Shown: positions 50,101 to 59,486 of the stretch, in pieces | How the letters are laid out: each line of letters begins with the position of its first letter | Position numbering within the stretch: the stretch's first letter is position 1 | Notes under the pieces: model-generated | Databases searched by the model: none | What the model was told of the DNA's origin: nothing | What the model saw: the letters and a program-made list of their open reading frames with translations, nothing else | From: Planctomycetota bacterium | GTDB taxonomy: Bacteria > Planctomycetota > UBA1135 > UBA2386 | Reading direction: 5' to 3' | DNA length: 64,000 nucleotides | NCBI GenBank assembly: GCA_965223545.1 | Contig: OZ245006.1 | Coordinates: 7,296,001-7,360,000 of the forward strand | Position numbers and translations under genes: made by a program

Positions 50101-52598
50101 TCGGTCGCGCGCTCGTCCTCGGACAGCTTCTCGGCATCGTGTTGGTGGCGTCGGCCTTCCGGCGCTTCTCCGATCTCGGAGACACAGTGCCAGCGATGGC
50201 ACTGTGGGTCGCCATGGCGGTGGGCTTGCTGCTGTTCGCCGCGTGTGCCCGCTCGATCGACGATGGCTTGCCGCCGGCAAAGGCTGGTGCTTGGCCGATC
50301 GCACTCGGGGCCGCGCTGGCCCTGAGCATTCCCTCACCGACGGTTGTCTGCCTGTGCGTCGGAGCGGGCGCGGTTTTCGTCGGTTCGGTGAGCAGGACCG
50401 ACTGGCTGGTCCGAACGGGTCTTCAGGCGCTGCTCTGCCTGCTCGCGGTCACCGCGGCGATACACCTGATCGACCTGTTCGCGCTGCAACGCCCCGAGCT
50501 ACCGTGGGTGGCTCGGTGGGTGGCGGGGATCGGTGAGTTGCTCGGCTGGGAGTCCGCTGCAGGAGTGGACCGGGTATTGATCGAGGGACCGCGCAGCGAG
50601 TTGGCCTTTCGCGCCTCGCCGACGACGCTGGGGTTATCGGTACACGTGGCCGTCGTCGTGACGTGGGGTGCTCTCCGGTGGGCCGGAGGGGTCTCGGCCC
50701 CGGGGTGGTTGTCTCTCGCGCTGTACCTGCCGCTCGTGTTGATTACGCGGTTGGCACTCGTCGTCGCCGCGGGCTTGGTCGGCGAGCACGTGGCGGACTA
50801 CGATGTGCCAGACTTCGATCTGTCGCCCATGTTGGACTGGCGCTACGGCCTCGTGATCGACGCGGCTGCGGCGACGGGTGTCGGCTGGCTCCTGTTCCGC
50901 ACGACTGAGTCGACGCCAGTAGCCAGATCCGCGTCATCCCTTGTACTGCTCGCGGCGTTGTGCGTTGGGGTGTCGTGGTCGACCGATCGCATTCTCGATG
51001 CGTCTCCCGACCCCAAGGCGGGACGCATCGCCATTGATGAACGACATTCGCGGTGGGAGTCGTCGGATCTTCCATTGGGACGCGCCTACTACGGGCAGGA
51101 GTCCGGCTACAACTTTCGCGGTTTGGCGGATTGGCTCGAGAGCCGCTTTGGCCAGATCCGCCGGATCTACGATCCTCTGACGGAGGATGTGCTTGGGCAG
51201 GTCGATGTCCTGATCATCAAGACCCCTACGGAGCACTACACCACGGACGAACTCGCGACGCTCGACGCGTTCGTACAACGCGGCGGGGGCCTGGTCCTCA
51301 TCGGCGACCACACCAACGTCTACGGCACCAGCGAGGTACTGAACTCCATAGCGCACCGATACGGTGTGGACTTCCAGTACGACTGCTGCTTCGACCACCG
51401 CAATCGGTTCGAGTACTGCTACTGGACCGAACCGCAGGTCCGAGGCCACCCCGTGGTTCGCGGCGTCGAGAGCCTGTTGTTCGAGGTCGGCTGCACTCTC
51501 GACCTCAACTCGCTGCGCGCCCGGCCGTTGATCGTGGGGCGCGCTCTCAAGAGTCAGGAGATCGACTACAACGTCGAGAACTTCTACCCCAGCCCGAGGG
51601 ACTCGAGTGACCAGGCATGCGGCCAGTTCGCTCTCGTCGTTGCTTGTGTGCGGGGCACCGGTCGTGTGGTAATGATTGCCGATAGCACGCTGTTCTCGAC
51701 GTTCTCGGTTTTCATGCCAGGGCGCAGGGAACTGGTCGAAGGCGCAGTCGAGTACGTCAATCACCGCGACGTTGGGGAAGGCGTGCGATCGCCGTTGTAC
51801 CGTCTGAGTTGGGTCATCACGCTGTTGCTCGGTTTGCTAGTGCGGCGCCGGGGGTTAGTGACCCTCGTTGCGGTCGGTGCGATGGCATGGGGCGCTTCGC
51901 AGGCGAGCTGTGCGGCCGCCGATCGCTGGCTGTATCCGGGCCCCGACCAGCCCCCGCACGAGCAGGTCGCCCGCAATGTGACCTTCGTTTGGGAAGACGG
52001 TTGGGTCGATTGGGGGGCTCACGGATTCCGCACAGATTTTCAACGGGCCTACGCCTTGTTCTTTCAGTTCGTGGTGCGCAGTGGCGGATTCCCCCGGCTG
52101 CTGCGCGATCGCCAGGCCGCACTCGACAGCGGCGGGCCGGTGCTGTGGTTCAATCCCGGTCCGGTGGCGCCAATTGTCGCCGAGCAAACAGCGGACTTCG
52201 TGCGCGGCGGAGGGACGCTGTTCCTGCTGGAGTCCGCGCCCAACGCGGCGGTCACGGCGATTGCGCGCGAGGCGGGAATCGAGATTTCCGCCGATCGCAA
52301 GCGCACCGGCCCACTCGACTCCGTCTACGGAGTGGTGCCGATTCCGGCAGGCACCGCCGGCTTTCGCTCGGTCACCGGCGGCGAGCCAATCCTCGTCGGC
52401 GAGGGCGATGGATCGCCTGTCCGAGTCCTGACCCGTCACGTCGTCGGCGACGGGCAACTGGTCCTTGTGACGTGCGGGGAGCTGTTCGCGGATGCCAACT
52501 ATGGGGGGCGCTACGGCGTGCTGCCAGAACCGGGACTCAGGCGCCTGTACGAGGTGCAGTTCGCAATGCTGGCTGCGGCCATCGACGGAGCCAAGTAA
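50097..52598 (+). CDS. Multi-pass membrane protein (exosortase-like topology) with two DUF4350/GldG-like domains
   Basis: GTGA overlap with previous gene; IAIDERHSRWE, VDVLIIKTPT...FVQRGGGLVLIGDHTN, GTGRVVMIADS; second domain FVRGGGTLFLL. Confidence 0.82.
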   Translation: MIGRALVLGQLLGIVLVASAFRRFSDLGDTVPAMALWVAMAVGLLLFAACARSIDDGLPPAKAGAWPIALGAALALSIPSPTVVCLCVGAGAVFVGSVSRTDWLVRTGLQALLCLLAVTAAIHLIDLFALQRPELPWVARWVAGIGELLGWESAAGVDRVLIEGPRSELAFRASPTTLGLSVHVAVVVTWGALRWAGGVSAPGWLSLALYLPLVLITRLALVVAAGLVGEHVADYDVPDFDLSPMLDWRYGLVIDAAAATGVGWLLFRTTESTPVARSASSLVLLAALCVGVSWSTDRILDASPDPKAGRIAIDERHSRWESSDLPLGRAYYGQESGYNFRGLADWLESRFGQIRRIYDPLTEDVLGQVDVLIIKTPTEHYTTDELATLDAFVQRGGGLVLIGDHTNVYGTSEVLNSIAHRYGVDFQYDCCFDHRNRFEYCYWTEPQVRGHPVVRGVESLLFEVGCTLDLNSLRARPLIVGRALKSQEIDYNVENFYPSPRDSSDQACGQFALVVACVRGTGRVVMIADSTLFSTFSVFMPGRRELVEGAVEYVNHRDVGEGVRSPLYRLSWVITLLLGLLVRRRGLVTLVAVGAMAWGASQASCAAADRWLYPGPDQPPHEQVARNVTFVWEDGWVDWGAHGFRTDFQRAYALFFQFVVRSGGFPRLLRDRQAALDSGGPVLWFNPGPVAPIVAEQTADFVRGGGTLFLLESAPNAAVTAIAREAGIEISADRKRTGPLDSVYGVVPIPAGTAGFRSVTGGEPILVGEGDGSPVRVLTRHVVGDGQLVLVTCGELFADANYGGRYGVLPEPGLRRLYEVQFAMLAAAIDGAK

Positions 52599-52828
52599 TC
52601 GAGACCCGTCGCTCGCCGGTCTTGAGCGCACGTCGTCGAGGACCCGAAGGCGGGCTTGTTTGCATCGGCGGCGCTGTCCGACCCGCGACCGCCGGATTCC
52701 GTTGTCGAGATCACGTCGACCAAGAGGCCTTGTCTCTCCGAGCGTACTGGAGCCAGGTCCTCGGACAGTTCGCGGTCGCCTTCGAAGCCGCGCCCACGCT
52801 CTCTGGCTCTGATCCTTACGGCTGCTTC

Positions 52829-54074
52829 AAAACTGCAGCCCTTCCGTGGGCCTGGCTAGCTGAGAGACGCTGACCGAGACGTAACCGGAGCCCTCTTTCG
52901 AGTCACTGGAAGTGACGCAGGGCCAACTGCGCAACGGTGCCCTTTTGGTCCCCCCCGCGTTGTGTCTCGGAGGTCGCCGATGTTCGTTCCCCCGCGTTGC
53001 CCCAACTCAGCTTGCCCGCACAACCGCAGCCCGCGGCCCGGCTTCTTCGTACGCCGTGGCTACTACTACCCCAAGTGCCGCGCCCAAGGCGTGCCGCGCT
53101 TCCGCTGCCGCCATTGCCGGCAGGGCTTCTCGCGGCAGACGTTCCGCATGGATTACCTCGACCACAAGCCCGACCGCAACGCCTGGATCGTCATGTTGCT
53201 CTGCTCTGGCCTGGGCCTGCGACAGACCGCACGCCTGGCCGGGCTCACGGCCCGCAACACCGAGATGAAGTTCCGCAAGATCGGTCGTCACGTCCGCCGC
53301 CTGAACAACAACTTACGGGGCGACCTCCCGGTCGGCTCGAGCTTGCAGTTCGACGAACTCGAGAGCTACGAGGGCCGCCGCAACACGCGGCCCCTGACGC
53401 TGCCTGTCCTGATCGAGCGCGGGAGCCGCTTCATCCTCGCAGCGCGGTCGGCCCCGATCCGCCCCGGTGGCCCCAAACCGGCTGCGCGCCGGCGAGCGAT
53501 AGAGGCCGACGCGCGGCGGTTTGGCCGGCGGCCGTCGCGGTCGCGCGCGGCAACGCGCAATGCGCTGTGCCGGGGCGCGCGCGCTTGCACTCGGTTGACC
53601 ACCGTGTTGCTCGAAACGGACGAGAAAACGACCTACTCAGGACTCGCGAGGGGCATTTTCGGCGCGCGGCTCGAGCACCGGCGAACACCAAGCACGCTGC
53701 CGCGCGAGACCTGGAACCCGCTGTTCGCGATCAACCATACCGAGGCAATGGCGCGCGACCTCAACGGTCGTCTGCGGCGCGAGTCCTGGCTGGTCAGCAA
53801 GAAGCGCTGTTTCCTCAACCTGCAGCTGCACATCTACATCGCGTACCGCAACTTCACGCGACCGCGCTTCAACTTCGACCGAGACACGCCGGCGATGCTG
53901 GTTGGCTGGCTGCCCCAGAAGTTGCGGCTGAACCAGGTGCTATCCTGGCGCCAGGACTGGGGCACGCGCAGCGGCCATCCGCTGGATCGAAACGCAAAAC
54001 CGATCGAGAACTTCCTGAAGAGCTCTGCCTGAGTTTCTTGCGGCCGTGCCGGACCACGGAAGGGCTGCAGTTCG
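52829..54074 (+). mobile_element. IS1-like insertion sequence
   Basis: 19-bp perfect IR core AACTGCAGCCCTTCCGTGG at both ends; flanking DR GGCTGCTTC(A) at 52820 and 54075. Confidence 0.88.
52980..54032 (+). CDS. Zinc-ribbon/HTH/DDE-type transposase (IS1-like)
   Basis: CPNSAC...CRHC, HTH LRQTARLAG, QFDELES, ETDEK, INHTEAMARD..GRLRR; GGAGG RBS. Confidence 0.85.
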   Translation: MFVPPRCPNSACPHNRSPRPGFFVRRGYYYPKCRAQGVPRFRCRHCRQGFSRQTFRMDYLDHKPDRNAWIVMLLCSGLGLRQTARLAGLTARNTEMKFRKIGRHVRRLNNNLRGDLPVGSSLQFDELESYEGRRNTRPLTLPVLIERGSRFILAARSAPIRPGGPKPAARRRAIEADARRFGRRPSRSRAATRNALCRGARACTRLTTVLLETDEKTTYSGLARGIFGARLEHRRTPSTLPRETWNPLFAINHTEAMARDLNGRLRRESWLVSKKRCFLNLQLHIYIAYRNFTRPRFNFDRDTPAMLVGWLPQKLRLNQVLSWRQDWGTRSGHPLDRNAKPIENFLKSSA

Positions 54075-54131
54075 GGCTGCTTCAGATACGACCTACACAG
54101 TTCAAGCGGACACTCTATGCCCGCGAAGTCA

Positions 54132-56930
54132 TCACCGGGCCAGCAAACGACCAGCCGAAACCACCGCCGCGACGCGTCGCGTGGCGCGGATGTCGTCGAG
54201 TGGATTGGCTTCCAGCAGCACCAGGTCGGCGCGCGCTCCGCGGCGCACGACACCCGTGTCCTCCAAGCCCAGCCACCGGGCCGGCAGCACGGTGGCCGCG
54301 CGTAGCGCCTCGAGCGGCGCCGCGCCGCCGCGCACCATGAACTCCATCTCCCAGTGTGTCGAAGGTCCGACTAAGGCGTTGCCCAGACTGCAGTCGGATC
54401 CGACCACTACCGTGACCCCTCCGCGTGCAGCGCGCGCGACGTCGCGCGCGCGCGAACGCACCAGCCGCTCGAGGTTGGCGTCGCTCATCGGTCCGACCTT
54501 CGGGCGCGCGGACCACAGCCGGAGGCTGACCGGGTCCACCGTCGCGCGAAACAGTGGCTCCTCGAACTCGGCACGCTCGCGCCGCCGCTTGACGTCGCCC
54601 GCGCCTCGCACCGACAGGGTCGGACACCACGCCACGCCGCTGTGTCGCAGGAGCTCGAGCACGTCACCGTGCAGTGCAGGCAGCTCCTCCGGCCAGTGCT
54701 CGAGACAGCCGGCTCCGTCGACGACAGCGGTGACCAGCTCACGCAACGATGAGACGTGCATCGTCGTGGAGACTTGCAGCGCACGGGCGCGAGCGAGAAC
54801 GACCCGTTGCAGGGACCGGGGCAACGTCGGGTACAGCTTCACCGTGTCGACGCCATCGCGGGCGCGGCGCTCGATGAGCGCGGTTGCCTCCTCCGGGCTC
54901 TCGATGATGTGGAACGCGTTGCCCCACGCCGGACGGGCTCCCTCGAAGATCTCCCCAGCCGAAACGTGGCGCGGGCCGAGCAGCTCACCCCGCGCGATCA
55001 GCTCGAGCTCGGTGAGCTGCCACGGCCAGACCGACCCGAGCTGGCGGACCGTCGTGACGCCCCACGCCAACATCTGCTTCCCCGACACCGCCACCTGGTG
55101 CACGTGCAGATCGAGCAAGCCCGGGATCAAGTAGAGACCACGCGCATCGATGCGCTGCACGTCGACGGCAAGGGGCTCGTCGCGATTTTCGATCGCCTCG
55201 ATGCGACCATTGGCGAGTCTCACGCGGCGATCGCGTAGCAGTTCGCCGCTCTCGACGTCGACCACGTGACATCCGTCGAGGACGAGCGGCGGTGGCGTCG
55301 CGGGAGGGTGCACCCGCGGTTTGAGCTCGAGCGTCCTGCGCGCTTCTCCCGTGTCACAGTCGAACACGTGCACCGCCAACCCGGCGGCGACCCACAGCTC
55401 CTTCGAGTCCGCGGAGAACGCCAGACTGTGCGCGCCGGTCGGCCCGACGGCGTGCAGATCATTGTCGCGCAGGGACCCCTCGCCACGCTCGGCGAGATGG
55501 GCACGGCCATCGCGCAACACGGCGAGCCACGCACCATCGCGTGACCCTACGACGAGGTGCGGTGGACGCCGAAACTCGGACAGGGCGCGAGGCTCCTCGG
55601 CAGCCGCGTTGATCGAGTAGATCTGTGGAACTCTCGTCCCGAGGCGCGCAGTCACCAGGATCTCGGTGCCGTCGCGTCCCCAGGACGGATGCGTGACCCA
55701 CGCGCCGCGCTGGCGGCGACCGCGCAGCACCGGTGTCCATTCGCTTCCGCGGGACCAGTCGGCGATCTGCGCGCCGGGGTTCGTCATGCCGATCGGATGC
55801 ACGACGCGCGCCCCGTCGGGTGCCAGCTCGAACAGGTCCACGAACTCGGTGGCGACGCGCAGGCCAAGTGCTTCGACCACCCCGCCGTCGGACTGCACTC
55901 GACACAGCTCGCCGTCCCTCGCGAAGTAGATCCACTCCCCTGCGGGGCCGAACTGTGGCATGCGATCGACCGCGGGGCCGGACGTGACGCGCACGGCCGC
56001 GCCGTCCACCGCTTGCCGCCAGACGTCACCGAGAACGGCGAAGACGACCGACTCACCTGACGGATCCGGATGGACGCGGTCGATCCCGCGCGGTGGGGCG
56101 GTGGGGTCGATTCCCCATCCGCGTCCGCGGACGGGCTTCGCGACGTCACTCGCGACCTCGACGCTCCAGTCGAGTCGCTGTGCCGCGCCGGTCTCCAGAT
56201 CCACGCGCACGATGGCGCCGGCCAGCGGAACGAACGCCGCGCGGTCCGATATCGCGGCGCGCGTGGTCCGGTCGGTCTCGCCGGTCCAGATCTGGTCGTC
56301 CAGCGATGCGAGCACGGACCCCGTCGAGAGATCGACGACGCGCACCCGCACTCGGTCGGGTTGGCGGTTCTTCCAGGGCCCACTCGTCGCGAGCACGGCC
56401 CACTGTCCGTCGGGTCCAACCCCCGCCCACTCGATGCGCTCGTCGCCTTCTGGTCGATGGTGCACGGAATAGTCCTCCCCCCGTAGGCGAACAATCGGAC
56501 GCTGGCGGTCGCGGCCATCGATGCCCAGGCGCGCACCATCACGTGCGAAGCGGAGAGTGCGGGCATGCATCGCGACATCGCCCTCGATGGTCTTCACGAC
56601 GCCGCTCGCGAGGTCCAGCTGACACAGGCGGTCTGCTCCCCCGTGACGGTCGCTCACGAACACCACGGCGTCCCCATCGCTCGCGGGGAGCGGGGCTCGG
56701 TCGTAGCCCGGTCCGCTGGTCAGGGCCCTTCCGTCACCGCCGCGCGCCGGTACCGCGACCAGATCGCCGAGCACCTGGAAGTACAGGGTTTCCCCGTCCG
56801 GCGAGATTGCCAGCGAGGGCTGGGTGACCTCGGTGACCGTGATCGTTTGGGCGGCCGTGTGCGGCGCCACTGCGGCGGCGAGCGTGGCGAGGGCGAGCGT
56901 AGACGGGAACTTGGGCATCGGCTTCTCCAT
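54132..56930 (-). CDS. Secreted amidohydrolase with TolB/WD40-like N-terminal propellers
   Basis: Signal peptide; PD40-like repeats; LIPGLLDLHVH, GSD, GARADLVLLEANPL. Confidence 0.9.
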   Translation of the reverse strand: MEKPMPKFPSTLALATLAAAVAPHTAAQTITVTEVTQPSLAISPDGETLYFQVLGDLVAVPARGGDGRALTSGPGYDRAPLPASDGDAVVFVSDRHGGADRLCQLDLASGVVKTIEGDVAMHARTLRFARDGARLGIDGRDRQRPIVRLRGEDYSVHHRPEGDERIEWAGVGPDGQWAVLATSGPWKNRQPDRVRVRVVDLSTGSVLASLDDQIWTGETDRTTRAAISDRAAFVPLAGAIVRVDLETGAAQRLDWSVEVASDVAKPVRGRGWGIDPTAPPRGIDRVHPDPSGESVVFAVLGDVWRQAVDGAAVRVTSGPAVDRMPQFGPAGEWIYFARDGELCRVQSDGGVVEALGLRVATEFVDLFELAPDGARVVHPIGMTNPGAQIADWSRGSEWTPVLRGRRQRGAWVTHPSWGRDGTEILVTARLGTRVPQIYSINAAAEEPRALSEFRRPPHLVVGSRDGAWLAVLRDGRAHLAERGEGSLRDNDLHAVGPTGAHSLAFSADSKELWVAAGLAVHVFDCDTGEARRTLELKPRVHPPATPPPLVLDGCHVVDVESGELLRDRRVRLANGRIEAIENRDEPLAVDVQRIDARGLYLIPGLLDLHVHQVAVSGKQMLAWGVTTVRQLGSVWPWQLTELELIARGELLGPRHVSAGEIFEGARPAWGNAFHIIESPEEATALIERRARDGVDTVKLYPTLPRSLQRVVLARARALQVSTTMHVSSLRELVTAVVDGAGCLEHWPEELPALHGDVLELLRHSGVAWCPTLSVRGAGDVKRRRERAEFEEPLFRATVDPVSLRLWSARPKVGPMSDANLERLVRSRARDVARAARGGVTVVVGSDCSLGNALVGPSTHWEMEFMVRGGAAPLEALRAATVLPARWLGLEDTGVVRRGARADLVLLEANPLDDIRATRRVAAVVSAGRLLAR

Positions 56931-56962
56931 GCTCCGTCGTAGCCGAACTCTTTCTGGATTTG

Positions 56963-56976
56963 TTTAGTCGACTAAA
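56963..56976. promoter_or_regulatory. Perfect palindrome, candidate TetR operator
   Basis: TTTAGTCGACTAAA in the 69-bp divergent gap between the amidohydrolase and TetR genes. Confidence 0.75.
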
Positions 56977-56999
56977 GTTTTTGAGCGATACTGAGGCGC

Positions 57000-57695
57000 A
57001 TGGTGCCGACCCCGGCCAAGAAGCTCCCGACGAGTTGGGAGTCGCTACCCTTGCGCGCACGCAAGGCGGCCAAGACGCGCATCGGCTTGTTCGCCGCCGG
57101 GCGCGACGCGTGCGAGAAGCGCCGCTTCGCCGACATCAAGGTCGCCGAACTGTGCGAAGCCGTCGGCGTGACCGAGCCGACGTTCTACAAATACTTCCCG
57201 GAGAAGTCGGACTTGCTGGTGCTCGGCATCATGCTCTGGGGTGTCGAGACCGCGTGGAAGCTCTCGCGGCTGCCAAAGGCCAAGACTTCGCTGCAGAGAA
57301 TCGACTGGCTGTTCGCCGAATCTGCGCGCGGCTTCGTGTCGCGACCTGGCTTCACGCGCGAGATCCTCGCGCGCCAAGCCACCCGAGCCGGCCCGCCCAA
57401 GTTCCTCGAAGTGACGATCGCCGAGCGGCTGTACGCGTTCCCGGGACGCGAGGGTATCGAGCGTTTTCCCGGCTGCGGCATCGTGGCGTTGGTGACGCCG
57501 CTGGTCCGCACCGCGAAGCGTCGGGAGCTCTCGCCTTCCTCCCCGAGCGTCGACGTCCTCGTGCAGGCGCTGGTATCGATCTTTCTGGGCGTGCCGATCT
57601 TCACGTTGTGGGAGGATCCGAGCCTGGTGGGCCGCCGCTACCGTCAGCAGCTCAAGCTGCTGTGGCGCGGCGCCGGCGCCGCTCAGCACGCGTGA
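57000..57695 (+). CDS. TetR/AcrR-family transcriptional regulator
   Basis: HTH VAELCEAVGVTEPTFYKYFPEK. Confidence 0.92.
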   Translation: MVPTPAKKLPTSWESLPLRARKAAKTRIGLFAAGRDACEKRRFADIKVAELCEAVGVTEPTFYKYFPEKSDLLVLGIMLWGVETAWKLSRLPKAKTSLQRIDWLFAESARGFVSRPGFTREILARQATRAGPPKFLEVTIAERLYAFPGREGIERFPGCGIVALVTPLVRTAKRRELSPSSPSVDVLVQALVSIFLGVPIFTLWEDPSLVGRRYRQQLKLLWRGAGAAQHA

Positions 57696-57941
57696 GGCGA
57701 TTGTCCGTGCGCTCAGGACAAGCGGACAGCAGTGCGCGAGTCGCGGAGTTTGCCGGAAACCTCGAGACCGTGAAGGGTAGTGCGGCAACTGATACGTCGG
57801 TGGGCATTCGTCCCTGAACAGGCGGTGCCGCACGAAGATCTCGATGCCCGCGCTCCCTCCGCGGTGTAGTTGCCGTCTCACACGTCATGCCCTCTTGAGT
57901 TGGACGCCGTGCGGCGGACCAACCCTTGTCCCCTTCCCTCG

Positions 57942-59189
57942 ATGAAGACTCCCATGACCCTCCGCTGCCGACTTGGACCTCTGGCCATGCTCGCCGCTGT
58001 CGTCGTGCCGCTTGGACTGGCCCCAAGCCTCGCCGCCCAGCCGTTCCCCGCGGGATATCTCGACATGACGCTGCCGAACACCACCGGGGCAGGGTCGGTT
58101 CCGCTCGCGGTCCGAGCCTACTACCCCGCCCAATCCACGGGGGCGCAGTCGCCCCTGCGCAGTCAGGTCGGTGGCTATCCGGTGCTGGTCTTCCTCCACG
58201 GCCGCGGTTTCAACAACCGCAGCTACGAGATCGCCGGCGCCTATTTCGCCAGCCGTGGCTATGTCGTTGCACTGCCGACTTCGGGGGTATCGGCGCAACT
58301 CCAGTTCGACGACGCCATCGCAACCCATGCCGCCCTGGTCGCTGAGAACGTCCGCCCCGGCGCGTTCTTGTTCGGTGCACTCGATATGCAGCGGGTCGGG
58401 ATTTGCGGTCATTCCATGGGCGGCGGCAACGTCGTGCGCACGTTGGCATCAAACCCGGGCTTCCTCGCCGGCTGCTCGCTGGCGCCGTGGGATGTGGTGC
58501 GCAGCTACCCGCCAGCCTACTCCCACTTGGTGAAGGTGCCGCTGGCGATCGTCCACGGCGAGGGCGACCGCACCGTGGCCTGGCAAGTGAGTGCGCTCGA
58601 GTACTTCCAGCGCGCCCAAAGCCACACCGGCATCAAGTTGCTGTACCTGATGGACTCGAACTGCAACCATTTCAATTGCGCCGGCCTGAACCTGGTCAGC
58701 CAGGCCGACCGCGATGTTTGGGATCGTGCCGCCGCGCTCGCCGCTGGCTTCTTCGACCACTATCTCGGAGTCTCGAGCAGCGGTCTCGAAGACGTGCTTG
58801 GCCCGGTGCCGCAAGCCGACCCAAAGCTCAGCCAACTGATGATCGACGTCGAGGCGCCTGCGCTGTGGACCGCCGGTGCGCCGCGAATCGGCACCACCGT
58901 ATCGTTCGCCGTCGCCGCGGAGCCGGGGCCCGCGGCGTTGCTGGCCGCGGCGGGGCCCGCTGCGATATCGACGCCCTTCGGTCTGCTCGAGCTCGACCCG
59001 GCGACTCTCGCATTGGTCGCGGTCGGCGCCGCAGCGACGGCGGTGCCTCGGGACCACGTCTTCAGTGTCGCGGTTGCGATTCCAGCGTCGCCGAGCTTGA
59101 TCGGCGCCGCGGTGTCGCTCCAGGGGTTGGGTTCCGGGACCGCAGCAGTGCGACTCACGGGGTCGCTGGGAATGTTGATCGTGCCTTAG
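57942..59189 (+). CDS. Secreted alpha/beta hydrolase (chlorophyllase/cutinase-like) with the recurring C-terminal domain
   Basis: Signal peptide; VFLHG, GHSMGGG nucleophile elbow, GEGD, CNHF; start uncertain. Confidence 0.85.
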   Translation: MKTPMTLRCRLGPLAMLAAVVVPLGLAPSLAAQPFPAGYLDMTLPNTTGAGSVPLAVRAYYPAQSTGAQSPLRSQVGGYPVLVFLHGRGFNNRSYEIAGAYFASRGYVVALPTSGVSAQLQFDDAIATHAALVAENVRPGAFLFGALDMQRVGICGHSMGGGNVVRTLASNPGFLAGCSLAPWDVVRSYPPAYSHLVKVPLAIVHGEGDRTVAWQVSALEYFQRAQSHTGIKLLYLMDSNCNHFNCAGLNLVSQADRDVWDRAAALAAGFFDHYLGVSSSGLEDVLGPVPQADPKLSQLMIDVEAPALWTAGAPRIGTTVSFAVAAEPGPAALLAAAGPAAISTPFGLLELDPATLALVAVGAAATAVPRDHVFSVAVAIPASPSLIGAAVSLQGLGSGTAAVRLTGSLGMLIVP

Positions 59190-59296
59190 GGGGAGGCTCA
59201 GCGCGGCCGAGGCCGCAACCAAACACGGAGCGTTCCGCGACCCGAGCGTGGGGCGCGGGTCCCGCGGTCGCCGGCGGCCGCGCTGAGCCCGGAGGC

Positions 59297-59392
59297 ACTG
59301 TCTCTCCGAGCCTCCGGCGCCGCGGCGTTGTCGCCATGGCGGCGGCGTCGCTTCGAAAATGTTGTCGACGCTCGACGATTCGTGGCGCCGGA
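59297..59392 (-). repeat. 96-bp intergenic repeat, copy 2 (inverted)
   Basis: Reverse complement matches 43669-43764 at 87/96. Confidence 0.92.
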
Positions 59393-59486
59393 GGCCCATC
59401 AGCGACAAAGAGGCAAGACGCCGTGGCGGGCGCTCTAGCCCCGCTGCCGACTGCCGTGGGGGGGCGGCGGCGTATTCTCCGGTGCC

